Notes: generated from the letters alone by a model not told the origin. A DNA stretch of 64,000 bases from a virus (IMGVR_UViG_642918914_000001:96001-160000), one strand, 5' to 3'; positions 47,343 through 56,674 are shown, counted from the first letter of the stretch. Numbers and translations: made by a program.

Positions 47343-49211
47343 CTATCCTAGCATGCCACTGTTCATCAACAGGAAGGTATCGTCGATCGCCGGGTTGAAG
47401 CCAAAGCTTCGCATGTTGACCGGCGCCGTGCCCTGTACAGGACTCTTACCAGGAACCTGAAGGCCAGATCCAGCAGCCCCTTGCTGCGAACCGGGTGCCG
47501 GAGTTGCGGTGCCCGGAGTGATCTGCACCTGATTCTGGTTGTTGACCGTCGTGTTAGACGTCGGTCGCCGACTGTCCTTATACAGAGCGTTGGGCGCTGT
47601 GCTGTTGATCGTGGTGTTGGACGAATTGTCTACAGACGTACGCGTCGGCGCCGTGCTGGCAGGAGCCGCCGGTACTTGCTGAGTGCCGCTCAGATTGCCC
47701 CCGTTGGGCATCGGCCCCAACAGTGCGGTCTGTGCTTGCGATGCAGGGTTGGAAGGTATGGCCGACGCTGGAGTGCCGGAAGACGAACCCGTAGTAGCTC
47801 CGGCTACCGAAGTCTTACTCTCGGCTTCGGCTAGACGCTTGAGCTCCTCTGGAGTAGCCTTCACGCCGGGTAGTGCTTTGCCCGAGGCCGTGGCTTCCTT
47901 CTCCATCGTGTTGGCGCTCTTGTCATCCGCCTTCTTCAGGCCGAGCTTTTCCTTGATCCAATCCCAGATGGCGCCGGACGTGTCCTTCATCCAGTCCCAC
48001 ACCTTGCCGCCCACTGCCTTGATGTTGTCCAACGTCACGTACTTGTCGTACAGGTCCGTGATCTCACCCCACGCACTCTTGGCGATCTTGATGATGTTGT
48101 CGAACGTCACGTACTCGTTGAACTTGTCGACCAGCGTCTTCCACAACTGCGGAGTCAGCAGCATGGCCATCAAGCCCTTACCCAAGGCCGTCAGCCAACT
48201 GAAGCCGGTTTTACCCGTCTTCTTCATGCCGCTCCACTTGGCACCGGTCCAGTCCGCAAACGACTTCCACCATGCGTCAGCCTTCCGGCTTTCTGCTTCG
48301 CGTACGTCCTCGTGCGAATCGTTTTCAGGCCCCAGCTCACGCTGTTCGTCACGTCCCTCGAAGTACGAGGTAAGGCGCGCGTATAGGTCGTCCAGATCGC
48401 TGACTCGCCCCTGCGCAGGAACCACCGAGCTGTCCGCAACCGAGGACAGGCCAGTGGTGACCGCCTGCGTGGACGTATCAGTGAACGACACATCAGCCAC
48501 GCTTTCATCCGGGATGTTGCGCTGCCCAATGAGCTCCAGCGCCTTGGCCGTCAATCCATACTGCAGGTCAGGACGGCGCTTGGTGTAGCGAAGCTTCTTC
48601 TGCTCTTGCGTGGGAATCTGCTTGTGCAGCTCTTCGCGGAACTCGGACAGGGTCTCCTGGAACATCGCGAAGATACGATCCAGCAGCGTATCCTCACGAC
48701 GTTCCCATTCGGCGACCCACTGCGCCTGCGCATCACGATCCGTCAGTTCCTCAACCAGCAGCTCGTTGTTCGCCAACAGATCGTCGACCGTAGGCAAGTC
48801 TTGCGGCGGCAGGAATCGACGGAAGTCGGAGAACGAGTTGCTGAGCGCACGACTGGTAGCCTCGTTCTGCTCCAGCGCCGACAGTTCGATCAGATCAGCA
48901 ATCTGGCCAACGATGTCCGGAGTTTGCTTAGCCAATGCCTTGTTGACCGCCACCTCGAACTCAGTCAGACCGTCAGCCACCACAGACTTCACATCTGCCA
49001 CTTGCTTGCGTGCGACGTCCATGGCCGTAGCCACCGCCTCGTCAAACACGTTGCTGGCCACCCCGCTCAACTGGGACAGTGACTTGCTGATGGCGTTCAG
49101 ATCGTTCTGTGTGGCGACACCTTGTGCCACCTTGGCAAGACTGGTGCCTACGCTGTTCTGTAGGCTTTCCCATTTCCGACGCTCGCGATCAGTGCGAAAG
49201 TTTGCTGCCAT
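47343..49211 (-). CDS. tape-measure-like protein
   Basis: Helical N-terminus, W-spaced repeats (KVWDWMKD..GAIWDWIKEKLG); follows the chaperone-like genes. Confidence 0.55.
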   Translation of the reverse strand: MAANFRTDRERRKWESLQNSVGTSLAKVAQGVATQNDLNAISKSLSQLSGVASNVFDEAVATAMDVARKQVADVKSVVADGLTEFEVAVNKALAKQTPDIVGQIADLIELSALEQNEATSRALSNSFSDFRRFLPPQDLPTVDDLLANNELLVEELTDRDAQAQWVAEWERREDTLLDRIFAMFQETLSEFREELHKQIPTQEQKKLRYTKRRPDLQYGLTAKALELIGQRNIPDESVADVSFTDTSTQAVTTGLSSVADSSVVPAQGRVSDLDDLYARLTSYFEGRDEQRELGPENDSHEDVREAESRKADAWWKSFADWTGAKWSGMKKTGKTGFSWLTALGKGLMAMLLTPQLWKTLVDKFNEYVTFDNIIKIAKSAWGEITDLYDKYVTLDNIKAVGGKVWDWMKDTSGAIWDWIKEKLGLKKADDKSANTMEKEATASGKALPGVKATPEELKRLAEAESKTSVAGATTGSSSGTPASAIPSNPASQAQTALLGPMPNGGNLSGTQQVPAAPASTAPTRTSVDNSSNTTINSTAPNALYKDSRRPTSNTTVNNQNQVQITPGTATPAPGSQQGAAGSGLQVPGKSPVQGTAPVNMRSFGFNPAIDDTFLLMNSGMLG

Positions 49212-49223
49212 GATGACCTCCGC

Positions 49224-49376
49224 TTACCCGACAAAGATGTTGCCGTTCTGCGCTGCTTCGATGCGATCGTTGCGGCGCTTCATGGCGAACTCGGATAGCT
49301 GTTGGAAACGATAGATCGGCGTGTTGTCGCTCACCTCAAACCCATATTCAGCCGCGATCAGCACATGCCGATCCAT
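49224..49376 (-). CDS. small tail/baseplate assembly protein (gp51/GT-like, 50 aa)
   Basis: Below track cutoff: MDRHVLIAAEYGFEVSDNTPIYRFQQLSEFAMKRRNDRIEAAQNGNIFVG*; fills the gap exactly. Confidence 0.55.
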   Translation of the reverse strand: MDRHVLIAAEYGFEVSDNTPIYRFQQLSEFAMKRRNDRIEAAQNGNIFVG

Positions 49377-49383
49377 GACTTCC

Positions 49384-50538
49384 TTAGGATTTGCCAGAGG
49401 CCAGAAACGAGTGCGCGTCGATGATCAGCTTACTGACCTGCGACGCGCCACACCCTTTACAAGTAACTTGAATCGACTCTTGAACACCGTAGCCCTTCAT
49501 GATGGCTTCATACTGCTTGAGCATGTGGGCCTGATCCGGGGTCAGGTCCTCCATCATATCCAGGCGCTCACGTAGCGAGTACCAACGGTCGCGGCCTTGC
49601 GTGTGGCTGGCCTGCGAACACAGATAGGCAAACTCGCTGCGTGTGTTGGGGTCCTTCATCTCAGGCGCATCCAGGAACTCCAGCACGTCAGCCATGGTAG
49701 GCGGCGACGGCACCAGCGGATGATCTTCGCCCAGCGTGAAGACTGCGGGGTCCGGAATCTGCTCCAGGTCCTTCACCTGCACGTTGGTACGATTCACCAC
49801 GTGGGTGATCTTCAGACTGTCGCGGTCCTTGGTCCCAGCCTTCACCTGCTCCAAGTGCTCGATGTTCTTACACATCGTGTTGTGGATGAAGCTGGTCTTC
49901 GTGAACGAGTTATGGCGCAGCCACAGCATGATCGCGAAGAAGTCTGGCATCGTCAGCATGGGGGCTAGATTCGTGTAGCCCTCTGTGCTCGTGTAGATGA
50001 CGCTGGACACAGCTTCCACGATCGGCTGCAGACTTCCCTCGTTGGCTGCACGCTGCAACTTGGCCAGATGCGCGTTCTTGAAGGGAACGACGTACAGGTC
50101 CTGGAATCCGTAGAATGCGAAGCGGCTGGGCAGCGCCAAGCTCGTGCCGTCTGCCGACGCCATCGGCACAACGAATGCAGGCTGCGGATTGTCGACCATT
50201 GCTGCGTCCACAGGCGGTGCGCTCATCGGCTTCGGAGGTTCGTACCACTCGCCCGGCGGATCCTGTGCCATAGCCTTCAAACGCGGATCGATCGCCGGTC
50301 CGTTGTTGGCAGTCATCGGATGTTGAGTCGGCGGGCGCTGTGCTGCCTTTTGCTGCTGCACACGAGGACTGGGTTGAGCGGGAGCCGGCTGATGGGGGAT
50401 CGTAGGCTTGGCCTGCGGAGTGTACACTGCGCGAGGTGCACCGCGCTGTCCACGGGCCTGAGCAATGCGGTCCTTCACCTCCTGCGGGAATTCCATCGAC
50501 GTGGTCGAATGGACGACTGGTGCGGAAGAGTTTGTCAT
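49384..50538 (-). CDS. baseplate hub/tail assembly chaperone (T4 gp26-like)
   Basis: LPSR..FY, LT.PDF..I+.WLR, C..., YGV.E.I.V.CKGC, ends IDAHSF; Pro/Gln-rich N-terminal extension. Confidence 0.6.
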   Translation of the reverse strand: MTNSSAPVVHSTTSMEFPQEVKDRIAQARGQRGAPRAVYTPQAKPTIPHQPAPAQPSPRVQQQKAAQRPPTQHPMTANNGPAIDPRLKAMAQDPPGEWYEPPKPMSAPPVDAAMVDNPQPAFVVPMASADGTSLALPSRFAFYGFQDLYVVPFKNAHLAKLQRAANEGSLQPIVEAVSSVIYTSTEGYTNLAPMLTMPDFFAIMLWLRHNSFTKTSFIHNTMCKNIEHLEQVKAGTKDRDSLKITHVVNRTNVQVKDLEQIPDPAVFTLGEDHPLVPSPPTMADVLEFLDAPEMKDPNTRSEFAYLCSQASHTQGRDRWYSLRERLDMMEDLTPDQAHMLKQYEAIMKGYGVQESIQVTCKGCGASQVSKLIIDAHSFLASGKS

Positions 50539-50553
50539 ATGCGTATGAACTGG

Positions 50554-51642
50554 TTAGAACAGCGCGCTGATGCCCTGACCCAACAGGCCGAGCCCAGCAT
50601 TGGCAACGTCGGTAATGCCTTGTTTCACAACATCACCCAACGACGGAGGGACTTCAATCAGGTTGATGAATACATCACCCACGGAGAAGTCCACTTGATG
50701 GATGATGCGCTCGCTGCTGGAACTGACGAGGGCGTATGGAGAAATATCCAGTGGATAGCACTCAACGTACTGGATGTTCATCAGCACGTTCTTGTCAGGG
50801 TCCAGCATGTAGATGTTGATCGGACGCTTGTAGTCCGTGGGCCGATTCCACCCGCCGCCCAGCACTTCACTGTACTGAGATGCGAACGGATTGAGAACGG
50901 TAGCCTGCCACGCCTGAAGATACTGAAGGCTGACGTTGCGCGTGTCAGCATACAGGCCAAGCCGCAGATTCCCAACGCTGTAGCGACTCGGGTAATGACG
51001 TTCGCGACCCTCACGGAAGATGGAGATCTGGGAGTACTGACGGAATGGGCACGTGGCATCTTCCACGTAGTACCACGGCAACTGCGAAGTACCAACGCCA
51101 GCCTGCGCGCCGCCCAGTGGTCCGCTCAGTGGATTAGATTGTAGGAAGTTGGACACTGCATCGACGAACGAGCTGCCAGTGGACGTGGTCGAGCCTTGTT
51201 GCGTGGTGTTACCTACGATCGGCAATTGACAGTACCAGAAGCAACCGAGCAACGGATCGCTACGTGCTTGCGCACCGCCCAATGCGTCGCCGGGTGATAC
51301 ACCACCGGATCCACTCATGGCGAAGTCGCCACCACCGCTGCTCAGAGCGATACCTGATCCGCTGAGCAGTCCGCTGAACGCGGAGTCTGCGATCATTCCA
51401 GGGTTGAAGCTGGAGATAGCACCAGACACGTCGCCCCTGACGAGGGAAGACAGGGCACTACCCGCCTGACCAACGGCTTCCTGCACTCCCTTATTTACGG
51501 CGTTGCTTACACCCTTAGAAACAGCATTGGAGAGTTGTCGTTCGGTATCACCCACAACGTTCTTCACGCTGTTAGATTGACCCATGACAGAGTTGCGCAA
51601 TCGATTCTCTGCGGCACCAACCGCATCCTTAACGAAAGGCAT
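50554..51642 (-). CDS. tail tube-fold protein (gp19/gp54-like)
   Basis: YVE...P+......FREG...YP......L.L..Y.D......YL.AW...V...DYKR.I.I..LD...Y..CYP..I. Confidence 0.6.
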   Translation of the reverse strand: MPFVKDAVGAAENRLRNSVMGQSNSVKNVVGDTERQLSNAVSKGVSNAVNKGVQEAVGQAGSALSSLVRGDVSGAISSFNPGMIADSAFSGLLSGSGIALSSGGGDFAMSGSGGVSPGDALGGAQARSDPLLGCFWYCQLPIVGNTTQQGSTTSTGSSFVDAVSNFLQSNPLSGPLGGAQAGVGTSQLPWYYVEDATCPFRQYSQISIFREGRERHYPSRYSVGNLRLGLYADTRNVSLQYLQAWQATVLNPFASQYSEVLGGGWNRPTDYKRPINIYMLDPDKNVLMNIQYVECYPLDISPYALVSSSSERIIHQVDFSVGDVFINLIEVPPSLGDVVKQGITDVANAGLGLLGQGISALF

Positions 51643-51671
51643 TTGATATTCCTTCTTTAAAGAAGGAACCA

Positions 51672-51860
51672 CGCATTTAAAGCATTAACCTCGAAGGGAG
51701 CGCGTGGCTCCTCGGGTAGGAAAAGAATGGAAGTGCCAGGACTGAGCGACTCCTGTTGCAAGCACTTCCGTAACTGTCAGGTGCGGAGAACTCTTCCGTT
51801 GAATCGGGATGACCTAACCAAGCACCCCAAACTCCGACCCTGCACTGCGCTCATCTTACT
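51672..51860 (-). ncRNA. candidate structured RNA / structured 5' leader
   Basis: ~200-nt ORF-free gap with several stems, e.g. GGAAGTGC/GCACTTCC enclosing CAGGA/TCCTG, GGGGTG/CATCCC, GGAGC/GCTCC. Confidence 0.4.
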
Positions 51861-51874
51861 GTAAAATTGGCGGA

Positions 51875-52375
51875 TCACCCCAGATTTGGCGACCAAACTT
51901 GGAAGGCGACCGGGTCCGTTGGAATGTATCCGTTGGGGGCCGGTCGTTCCAAGCTCAGCGTGTCCGGCGACAGGCGTCCCTGCGGAGGCAGATAGTAGCC
52001 GTTGCCTTGATCTGGATCCACTTGCAGAAGGAAGTTCGGGTCCTTCTCGCGGACCTGAAGATCGCGCTGCACTTCACTGGTACACCAGTCCGGCGCCAGC
52101 GGGAACTGATCTCCAACCTTGTACAGCAGCCAGACTCGCGCCTTCTGCGGAATGGGCAGGCGGCGAATGCCCAGGGTCTTCAGCAGCGTGTCGGCCTTCT
52201 GGCTTTCACTCACCACGATCAGCTCTTCACCACGAGACAGCGTGCTGCAACACGCCATCAGATCACGGAGCAGTTGACCTTCCACCGCAGGTGTGTAGGC
52301 ATCGAACAGAATGCCGACATACTGACGATTGGTGGTCGACACGTCGGTGTCCAGCTTGTTGGGTACGTGAGGCAT
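51875..52375 (-). CDS. hypothetical protein
   Basis: MPHVPNKLDT..., starts 1 nt after the upstream stop. Confidence 0.7.
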   Translation of the reverse strand: MPHVPNKLDTDVSTTNRQYVGILFDAYTPAVEGQLLRDLMACCSTLSRGEELIVVSESQKADTLLKTLGIRRLPIPQKARVWLLYKVGDQFPLAPDWCTSEVQRDLQVREKDPNFLLQVDPDQGNGYYLPPQGRLSPDTLSLERPAPNGYIPTDPVAFQVWSPNLG

Positions 52376-52376
52376 A

Positions 52377-52697
52377 TCACACCCCCTTAGCAAGACGTTG
52401 GGCCGTCTCCAGATCGATGGTCAGGACTCGGTTCTTGTCTTCCGGAAAGATCAGACGAATCTGCTTGCCGTTGGTCGACGGACGAACACCGAACTTCGTG
52501 CCCTTCTTGATCTCGATGTCCTTGCCACGGAAGCTGACGGTGACGGGCTTTGCACCCTTGAAGGTGAACCAGTCGTAATCCGTCTCAGGAAGGATGCGAG
52601 CCACGGTATGCGGCATGGGCCGACTGTCAACCGCTCCTGGGGCGGTCACATCGGTTGCCTGAAGCCGCTGGACTGCGGCACTGATGAAAGAGTACAT
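52377..52697 (-). CDS. hypothetical protein, probably head-associated
   Basis: AAGGGG RBS; immediately downstream of the portal. Confidence 0.7.
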   Translation of the reverse strand: MYSFISAAVQRLQATDVTAPGAVDSRPMPHTVARILPETDYDWFTFKGAKPVTVSFRGKDIEIKKGTKFGVRPSTNGKQIRLIFPEDKNRVLTIDLETAQRLAKGV

Positions 52698-52708
52698 GAA
52701 AGCGCCCC

Positions 52709-54568
52709 TTACAGAGTATCCTTACCTAGTTTCTCGACATTGCGACGGCGAAGTGTTTCGCGATAGTGCGGATCACGATCCACATTGCGTGCAATACGCA
52801 AGATGGTATCGTTGGACTTGGCGCGGCGCTCCGCACGTACTGCCGTTGGCACGTGGCGCACCTTGCCGGTCTTCGTCAGTTCAAACGTATCACCGCTATC
52901 GCCCCATTCCCGAGCCAGCAACGGAACACGCGGGTTCTGAACCAGATCGCGAATGGACTGCGAGGTGAGCGCGCCACTGCGTACGCCTGCTTCGGTGGCC
53001 TCGCCAACTGAACCGCGGTCCTCATCATCAAATTCGTGAGTGAACTCGTCCTCGCCTTCGTGTGTGGTGTCCTTGCCCGTGTACTTCTCGAGCTTCTTAC
53101 GCAGCACCGCGTCTTCTTCCAGGTCGCGAATCAGCGCGTCCGGGTCGATCTTAGCAGCAGCCATCCACAGCTTGAGCGGAACCGGAACCCCCTTGGCGCT
53201 GGCCATTTCCAGCAGTTCGGCAGCGTTCTCTTCGCCACGCGCTTCCAACGACTTATGCCAGTGCAGCGTCGGCATCTTGAGGTTGGCGCGGTTGTTGCGG
53301 TTGAACAGGAAGTCGATGATGTTGTTGCGGTTGGCACGACGCGAACGATCCACATACAGATCGTTGGTGACTGCCACCAGCGGGAAGATCTTGGAATAGA
53401 AGATGCGGTCCGTGAGGTCTTCACGGTAGGCATTCTGCGATTCCAGGAACGTAGAGTACGCGGACTCGGCACTTGCAAACGACGCGTCACCAGACAGAAG
53501 CGCTTCGCTGATGCCCAGTGCCCGCAGCTTGTACGGCGTCAAGATGTCCGCCATGTCCGTCCACTTCCAGAAGTCACCACCCGGACGCAGATCAACCGAC
53601 TGCACTGCGTTGCGCGTGATGACCCAGCCGCCCATCGGATCGAATTCAGCAGCTTGGAATTGTTCGGCGTAGGCCAGCAGTTCTTCACTGGTCGGCGTCC
53701 ACACGTCGTCGCCTGCAGTGATGTGGGTCATAGCCCGTTGACGACGCTGCGCTTCAACCAACGTACCCTTGAACAACTGCTTCTCGATCAGGTACATCGG
53801 CAGGATGCGATGCAGATACGACGTGTATGCACGGTCGGTCGTCGACCGGCGCGGCACGAACAGCGTGGTAACCGGATCCAGGGTGAATGCACCGCTGCGC
53901 AGCATGTCGATGAACTGGCTGGGCATCGACTGCAGATAGCGCTTGGCGTACTCCGACGTGTCGTGCATGAACTGCTGCGTCGCCTGTCCTACCCGCACGT
54001 TGATCGTCGGATCGATGTTGAAGAACGGCGACGGAATGACGGCACACGACAGTGCATCGTGGATCAGGGTGTCCAGGAAGCGACGGCTGCCTTGGTCGAA
54101 CACCAGACTGCCGCAGAAGAAGCCGTCCACCAAATGCGCCGTGCTGATTAGCGGCATCATCTGCTCAAGATTGAGTTGGGCCAGCGCCGAGTCGAACGGT
54201 TCCAGGTCCTTCGAGTCCAAGCCACGAAGCTCGAATTCGGAGAACGGGAAGCGCGACTGAATGTCAACGCAAGATCCGGCCACATTATCCAGCAGATAGA
54301 TGTCGCGGTAGAACAGGGCCAGGGTCGACGTGTCGATCAGGTACGGATCCGCTGGGATGATACCCGTCAGCATGTACTGATATGCGGAACCGAAGAAGCT
54401 AGACACGCTGAGGCTTGCGGCCCCAACGCTGCCGCCACCCACGTTAGCCGTCACTTGCTGCTTGCCATTGGAGCGGCTACGAAATGCGGCGTGGGTCTGT
54501 TGTTGAGCGTGCGGCTGGACACTGATGCCCGTTCCGTTCACACCCAGAATGCGCTGACGTGAAAACAT
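52709..54568 (-). CDS. portal protein
   Basis: ~620 aa downstream of terminase; FYR..Y..D.VAG.CVD..S.FPFS; LRALGISEALLSG.ASFA.AE; start MFSRQR. Confidence 0.65.
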   Translation of the reverse strand: MFSRQRILGVNGTGISVQPHAQQQTHAAFRSRSNGKQQVTANVGGGSVGAASLSVSSFFGSAYQYMLTGIIPADPYLIDTSTLALFYRDIYLLDNVAGSCVDIQSRFPFSEFELRGLDSKDLEPFDSALAQLNLEQMMPLISTAHLVDGFFCGSLVFDQGSRRFLDTLIHDALSCAVIPSPFFNIDPTINVRVGQATQQFMHDTSEYAKRYLQSMPSQFIDMLRSGAFTLDPVTTLFVPRRSTTDRAYTSYLHRILPMYLIEKQLFKGTLVEAQRRQRAMTHITAGDDVWTPTSEELLAYAEQFQAAEFDPMGGWVITRNAVQSVDLRPGGDFWKWTDMADILTPYKLRALGISEALLSGDASFASAESAYSTFLESQNAYREDLTDRIFYSKIFPLVAVTNDLYVDRSRRANRNNIIDFLFNRNNRANLKMPTLHWHKSLEARGEENAAELLEMASAKGVPVPLKLWMAAAKIDPDALIRDLEEDAVLRKKLEKYTGKDTTHEGEDEFTHEFDDEDRGSVGEATEAGVRSGALTSQSIRDLVQNPRVPLLAREWGDSGDTFELTKTGKVRHVPTAVRAERRAKSNDTILRIARNVDRDPHYRETLRRRNVEKLGKDTL

Positions 54569-54569
54569 T

Positions 54570-55016
54570 TCAGCTCTTCCTCTTATAGCGAGTTGCGTCT
54601 GCCTTCTTGAAGACAACGCGAACCATCAATTGGAATACGGCCTGCGGATCCAGGTCCATAGATTTGGCGCTCTGCACAGCGCGAATGGGATACTTGCGCT
54701 TGCGTTCAGGGCGCGGCTGCACCACAAACACACCGACGCCCTTCGGAATCAGATGCTGCACTGCGTCGTACGTGGCCTCGTCCATAGCGAAGTAGAACTT
54801 GTGGCAGTGATCAAGGTACTCCTGCCACTTCGTGTCCCGAACGAAGTCTTGCTTGCACGACTTAGTCTCAACAACGATCACGTGTCCGCGCATGTTGATG
54901 GCCAGCACGTCAACACGGCGACGGCCCCGACGCACGACGCCCGCCTCGTACACCACAGCATAGCGCTTCTTCGTGAGATACTGCGTGACCGCGGTCTTCA
55001 GCTGAGCAGCATCCAT
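54570..55016 (-). CDS. MmcB-family PD-(D/E)xK nuclease
   Basis: RR.DVLA.....+.+VETKS...DF..D.KW..YL..C..FYFA. Confidence 0.8.
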   Translation of the reverse strand: MDAAQLKTAVTQYLTKKRYAVVYEAGVVRRGRRRVDVLAINMRGHVIVVETKSCKQDFVRDTKWQEYLDHCHKFYFAMDEATYDAVQHLIPKGVGVFVVQPRPERKRKYPIRAVQSAKSMDLDPQAVFQLMVRVVFKKADATRYKRKS

Positions 55017-55018
55017 TG

Positions 55019-55813
55019 TCACCTCTGCAGTGCCTGAACAGTCTGCGCCTTGATCTCCTCGTACTTCGAGTTGATGACGTTGGCCACCCGCCCTCGACTG
55101 TCCATCTGCGATTGACGCACCCGCGCATAGACGCCGTCGGGCACCAGCTCCTTCATATCGCTGAGCACCGTCGCGTACTCGGTAACGATCTGCGTAGCAA
55201 TGTCCAAGAACGCCGGGCGAATGATGGATTCGACGATCTGCATACCGACCGCCCCACGATCCTGCCGCGCTTGCAAGTCGATGACCAGTTCACGAATGGT
55301 CTGGATCGTGCCGTTCAACGAGTGAACGCCGTATCGACCATTGGACTGACGGATGCCGGTTTCCAGCTGCGGAAGCAAGTCGATCAGCGTTTGGATCAGC
55401 CGTCGATTCAGAAGATCGGTGGCACGCTCGGTGTCTTCCTGCTCCAGCAACTGCTGGATGGTCTCGGCATCGTCGCCGATGATGGACGTAACGGCAGTCT
55501 TGTCGAACTTGGACAGCTTGCGCTGCTTCGGTTCTTCGACCAGTGCTGGTAGCAAGTCCTTGGAACGCTTTTCGGCGTTCTTGCGGATGTTCTCTTTAGC
55601 CTCTTCCAGCCGCTTCTTCTTGGCTTTGGCGCGCTTGCGCCGCAACGCATCCTGTGCAGCATCTACAGCTTCAGGGTCCTCCATCTGCTGACGTCGGCTT
55701 TCCTTTGGCTGCTTGCTGACCAACTTCTTCTTGGTGGGTTTAGAGCTTACGTCAATGGTGAAGCTCATGTGGTCAGGTTCTTTGTTCTTGGCCATGAGCT
55801 GGTCCTCGGTCAC
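55019..55813 (-). CDS. hypothetical helical protein (possible small terminase)
   Basis: Lys-rich N-terminus, helical body, between terminase and portal; function inferred from position only. Confidence 0.6.
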   Translation of the reverse strand: MTEDQLMAKNKEPDHMSFTIDVSSKPTKKKLVSKQPKESRRQQMEDPEAVDAAQDALRRKRAKAKKKRLEEAKENIRKNAEKRSKDLLPALVEEPKQRKLSKFDKTAVTSIIGDDAETIQQLLEQEDTERATDLLNRRLIQTLIDLLPQLETGIRQSNGRYGVHSLNGTIQTIRELVIDLQARQDRGAVGMQIVESIIRPAFLDIATQIVTEYATVLSDMKELVPDGVYARVRQSQMDSRGRVANVINSKYEEIKAQTVQALQR

Positions 55814-56061
55814 TCAGCGGCGTCCGCTGTTGGAATTGCGATACGATGGCGCGTGCACACCATGACTGGGATGCCGTTGGCATGCGATGCGAGCATCGGC
55901 TGCTGGCATTCGGGACACAAACCAGCACCCGCCACTTCAGCGCTCATGTTGATGCGCGCTTCCACCTTGTTGGGAACAGGTTCCGGTGCCAGTCGCGCAG
56001 TGAGCGCGGAACGTGCTTCGGTGAATGCCTTTGGGAGCTTCTGGGTCATAGTCAACCTCAC
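55810..56061 (-). CDS. small zinc-ribbon protein
   Basis: CPEC...C..H at C-terminus; 4-nt overlaps with both neighbours. Confidence 0.65.
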   Translation of the reverse strand: MRLTMTQKLPKAFTEARSALTARLAPEPVPNKVEARINMSAEVAGAGLCPECQQPMLASHANGIPVMVCTRHRIAIPTADAAE

Positions 56062-56660
56062 ATCCTTCGTTGTAGAAGGGGCAGGCGGGAAGTGTTCTCC
56101 ACCTGTACCCCAACATCGGCGGGCTCAAAATCCAACTGCGTTCGCAAACCCTTTTCCAGACCGTACACACCGATCAGCGATGCATCCAGCTGATGAGGTG
56201 GCACCAAGACCTGACGATACAGATCGTCGAGTGCAAAGTCAAAGCGTCGCTGGTAGGCGAGCTTCCACTGACTGGCGACGATCAGCAGCGTGTTCAGGCC
56301 GAAGTGCGCACTGACCAGAGCGTTCATAGTGGTGACGATTTCGATCAGTGGGCCGCCGATGCCGCGTGTCTGGAAGCGTTCTGCGATCAGCGCTTGCGGC
56401 TTGTACAGCTCCACCCACTGACCGATCTCGGCAAGGAACGTCTTCTTCTGAACCTCGAAGCGGGTCAAGTCGAAGATGGGATTGGTGACGATGGAGTTGG
56501 CCATCACCCGGACCTTGCCGTTTTTGGTCGCCACACAGCTGATCCCAAAATTGCGAGAACCCGGGTCAAAAGACAGAACACGTATCGTGTCGTCCTTCAG
56601 CCCGGATTTCGAGGGTAGCGTGTACGTCTTGTTGGGTTTGCGAGATTTCTTTCGAGCCAT
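56058..56660 (-). CDS. RuvC-like Holliday junction resolvase
   Basis: VLSFDPGSRNFG, LIAERFQ, ASQWK, HQLDASLIG; GGAGG RBS. Confidence 0.8.
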   Translation of the reverse strand: MARKKSRKPNKTYTLPSKSGLKDDTIRVLSFDPGSRNFGISCVATKNGKVRVMANSIVTNPIFDLTRFEVQKKTFLAEIGQWVELYKPQALIAERFQTRGIGGPLIEIVTTMNALVSAHFGLNTLLIVASQWKLAYQRRFDFALDDLYRQVLVPPHQLDASLIGVYGLEKGLRTQLDFEPADVGVQVENTSRLPLLQRRM

Positions 56661-56674
56661 GTTGCCTCCATGAC

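Noticed and set aside
51672-51868. tRNA, tmRNA or hammerhead ribozyme in the structured gap
   Set aside because: No T-loop GTTCRA cloverleaf, no CTGANGA/GAAA core and no tag ORF was recognised. It is kept only as an unclassified RNA candidate.
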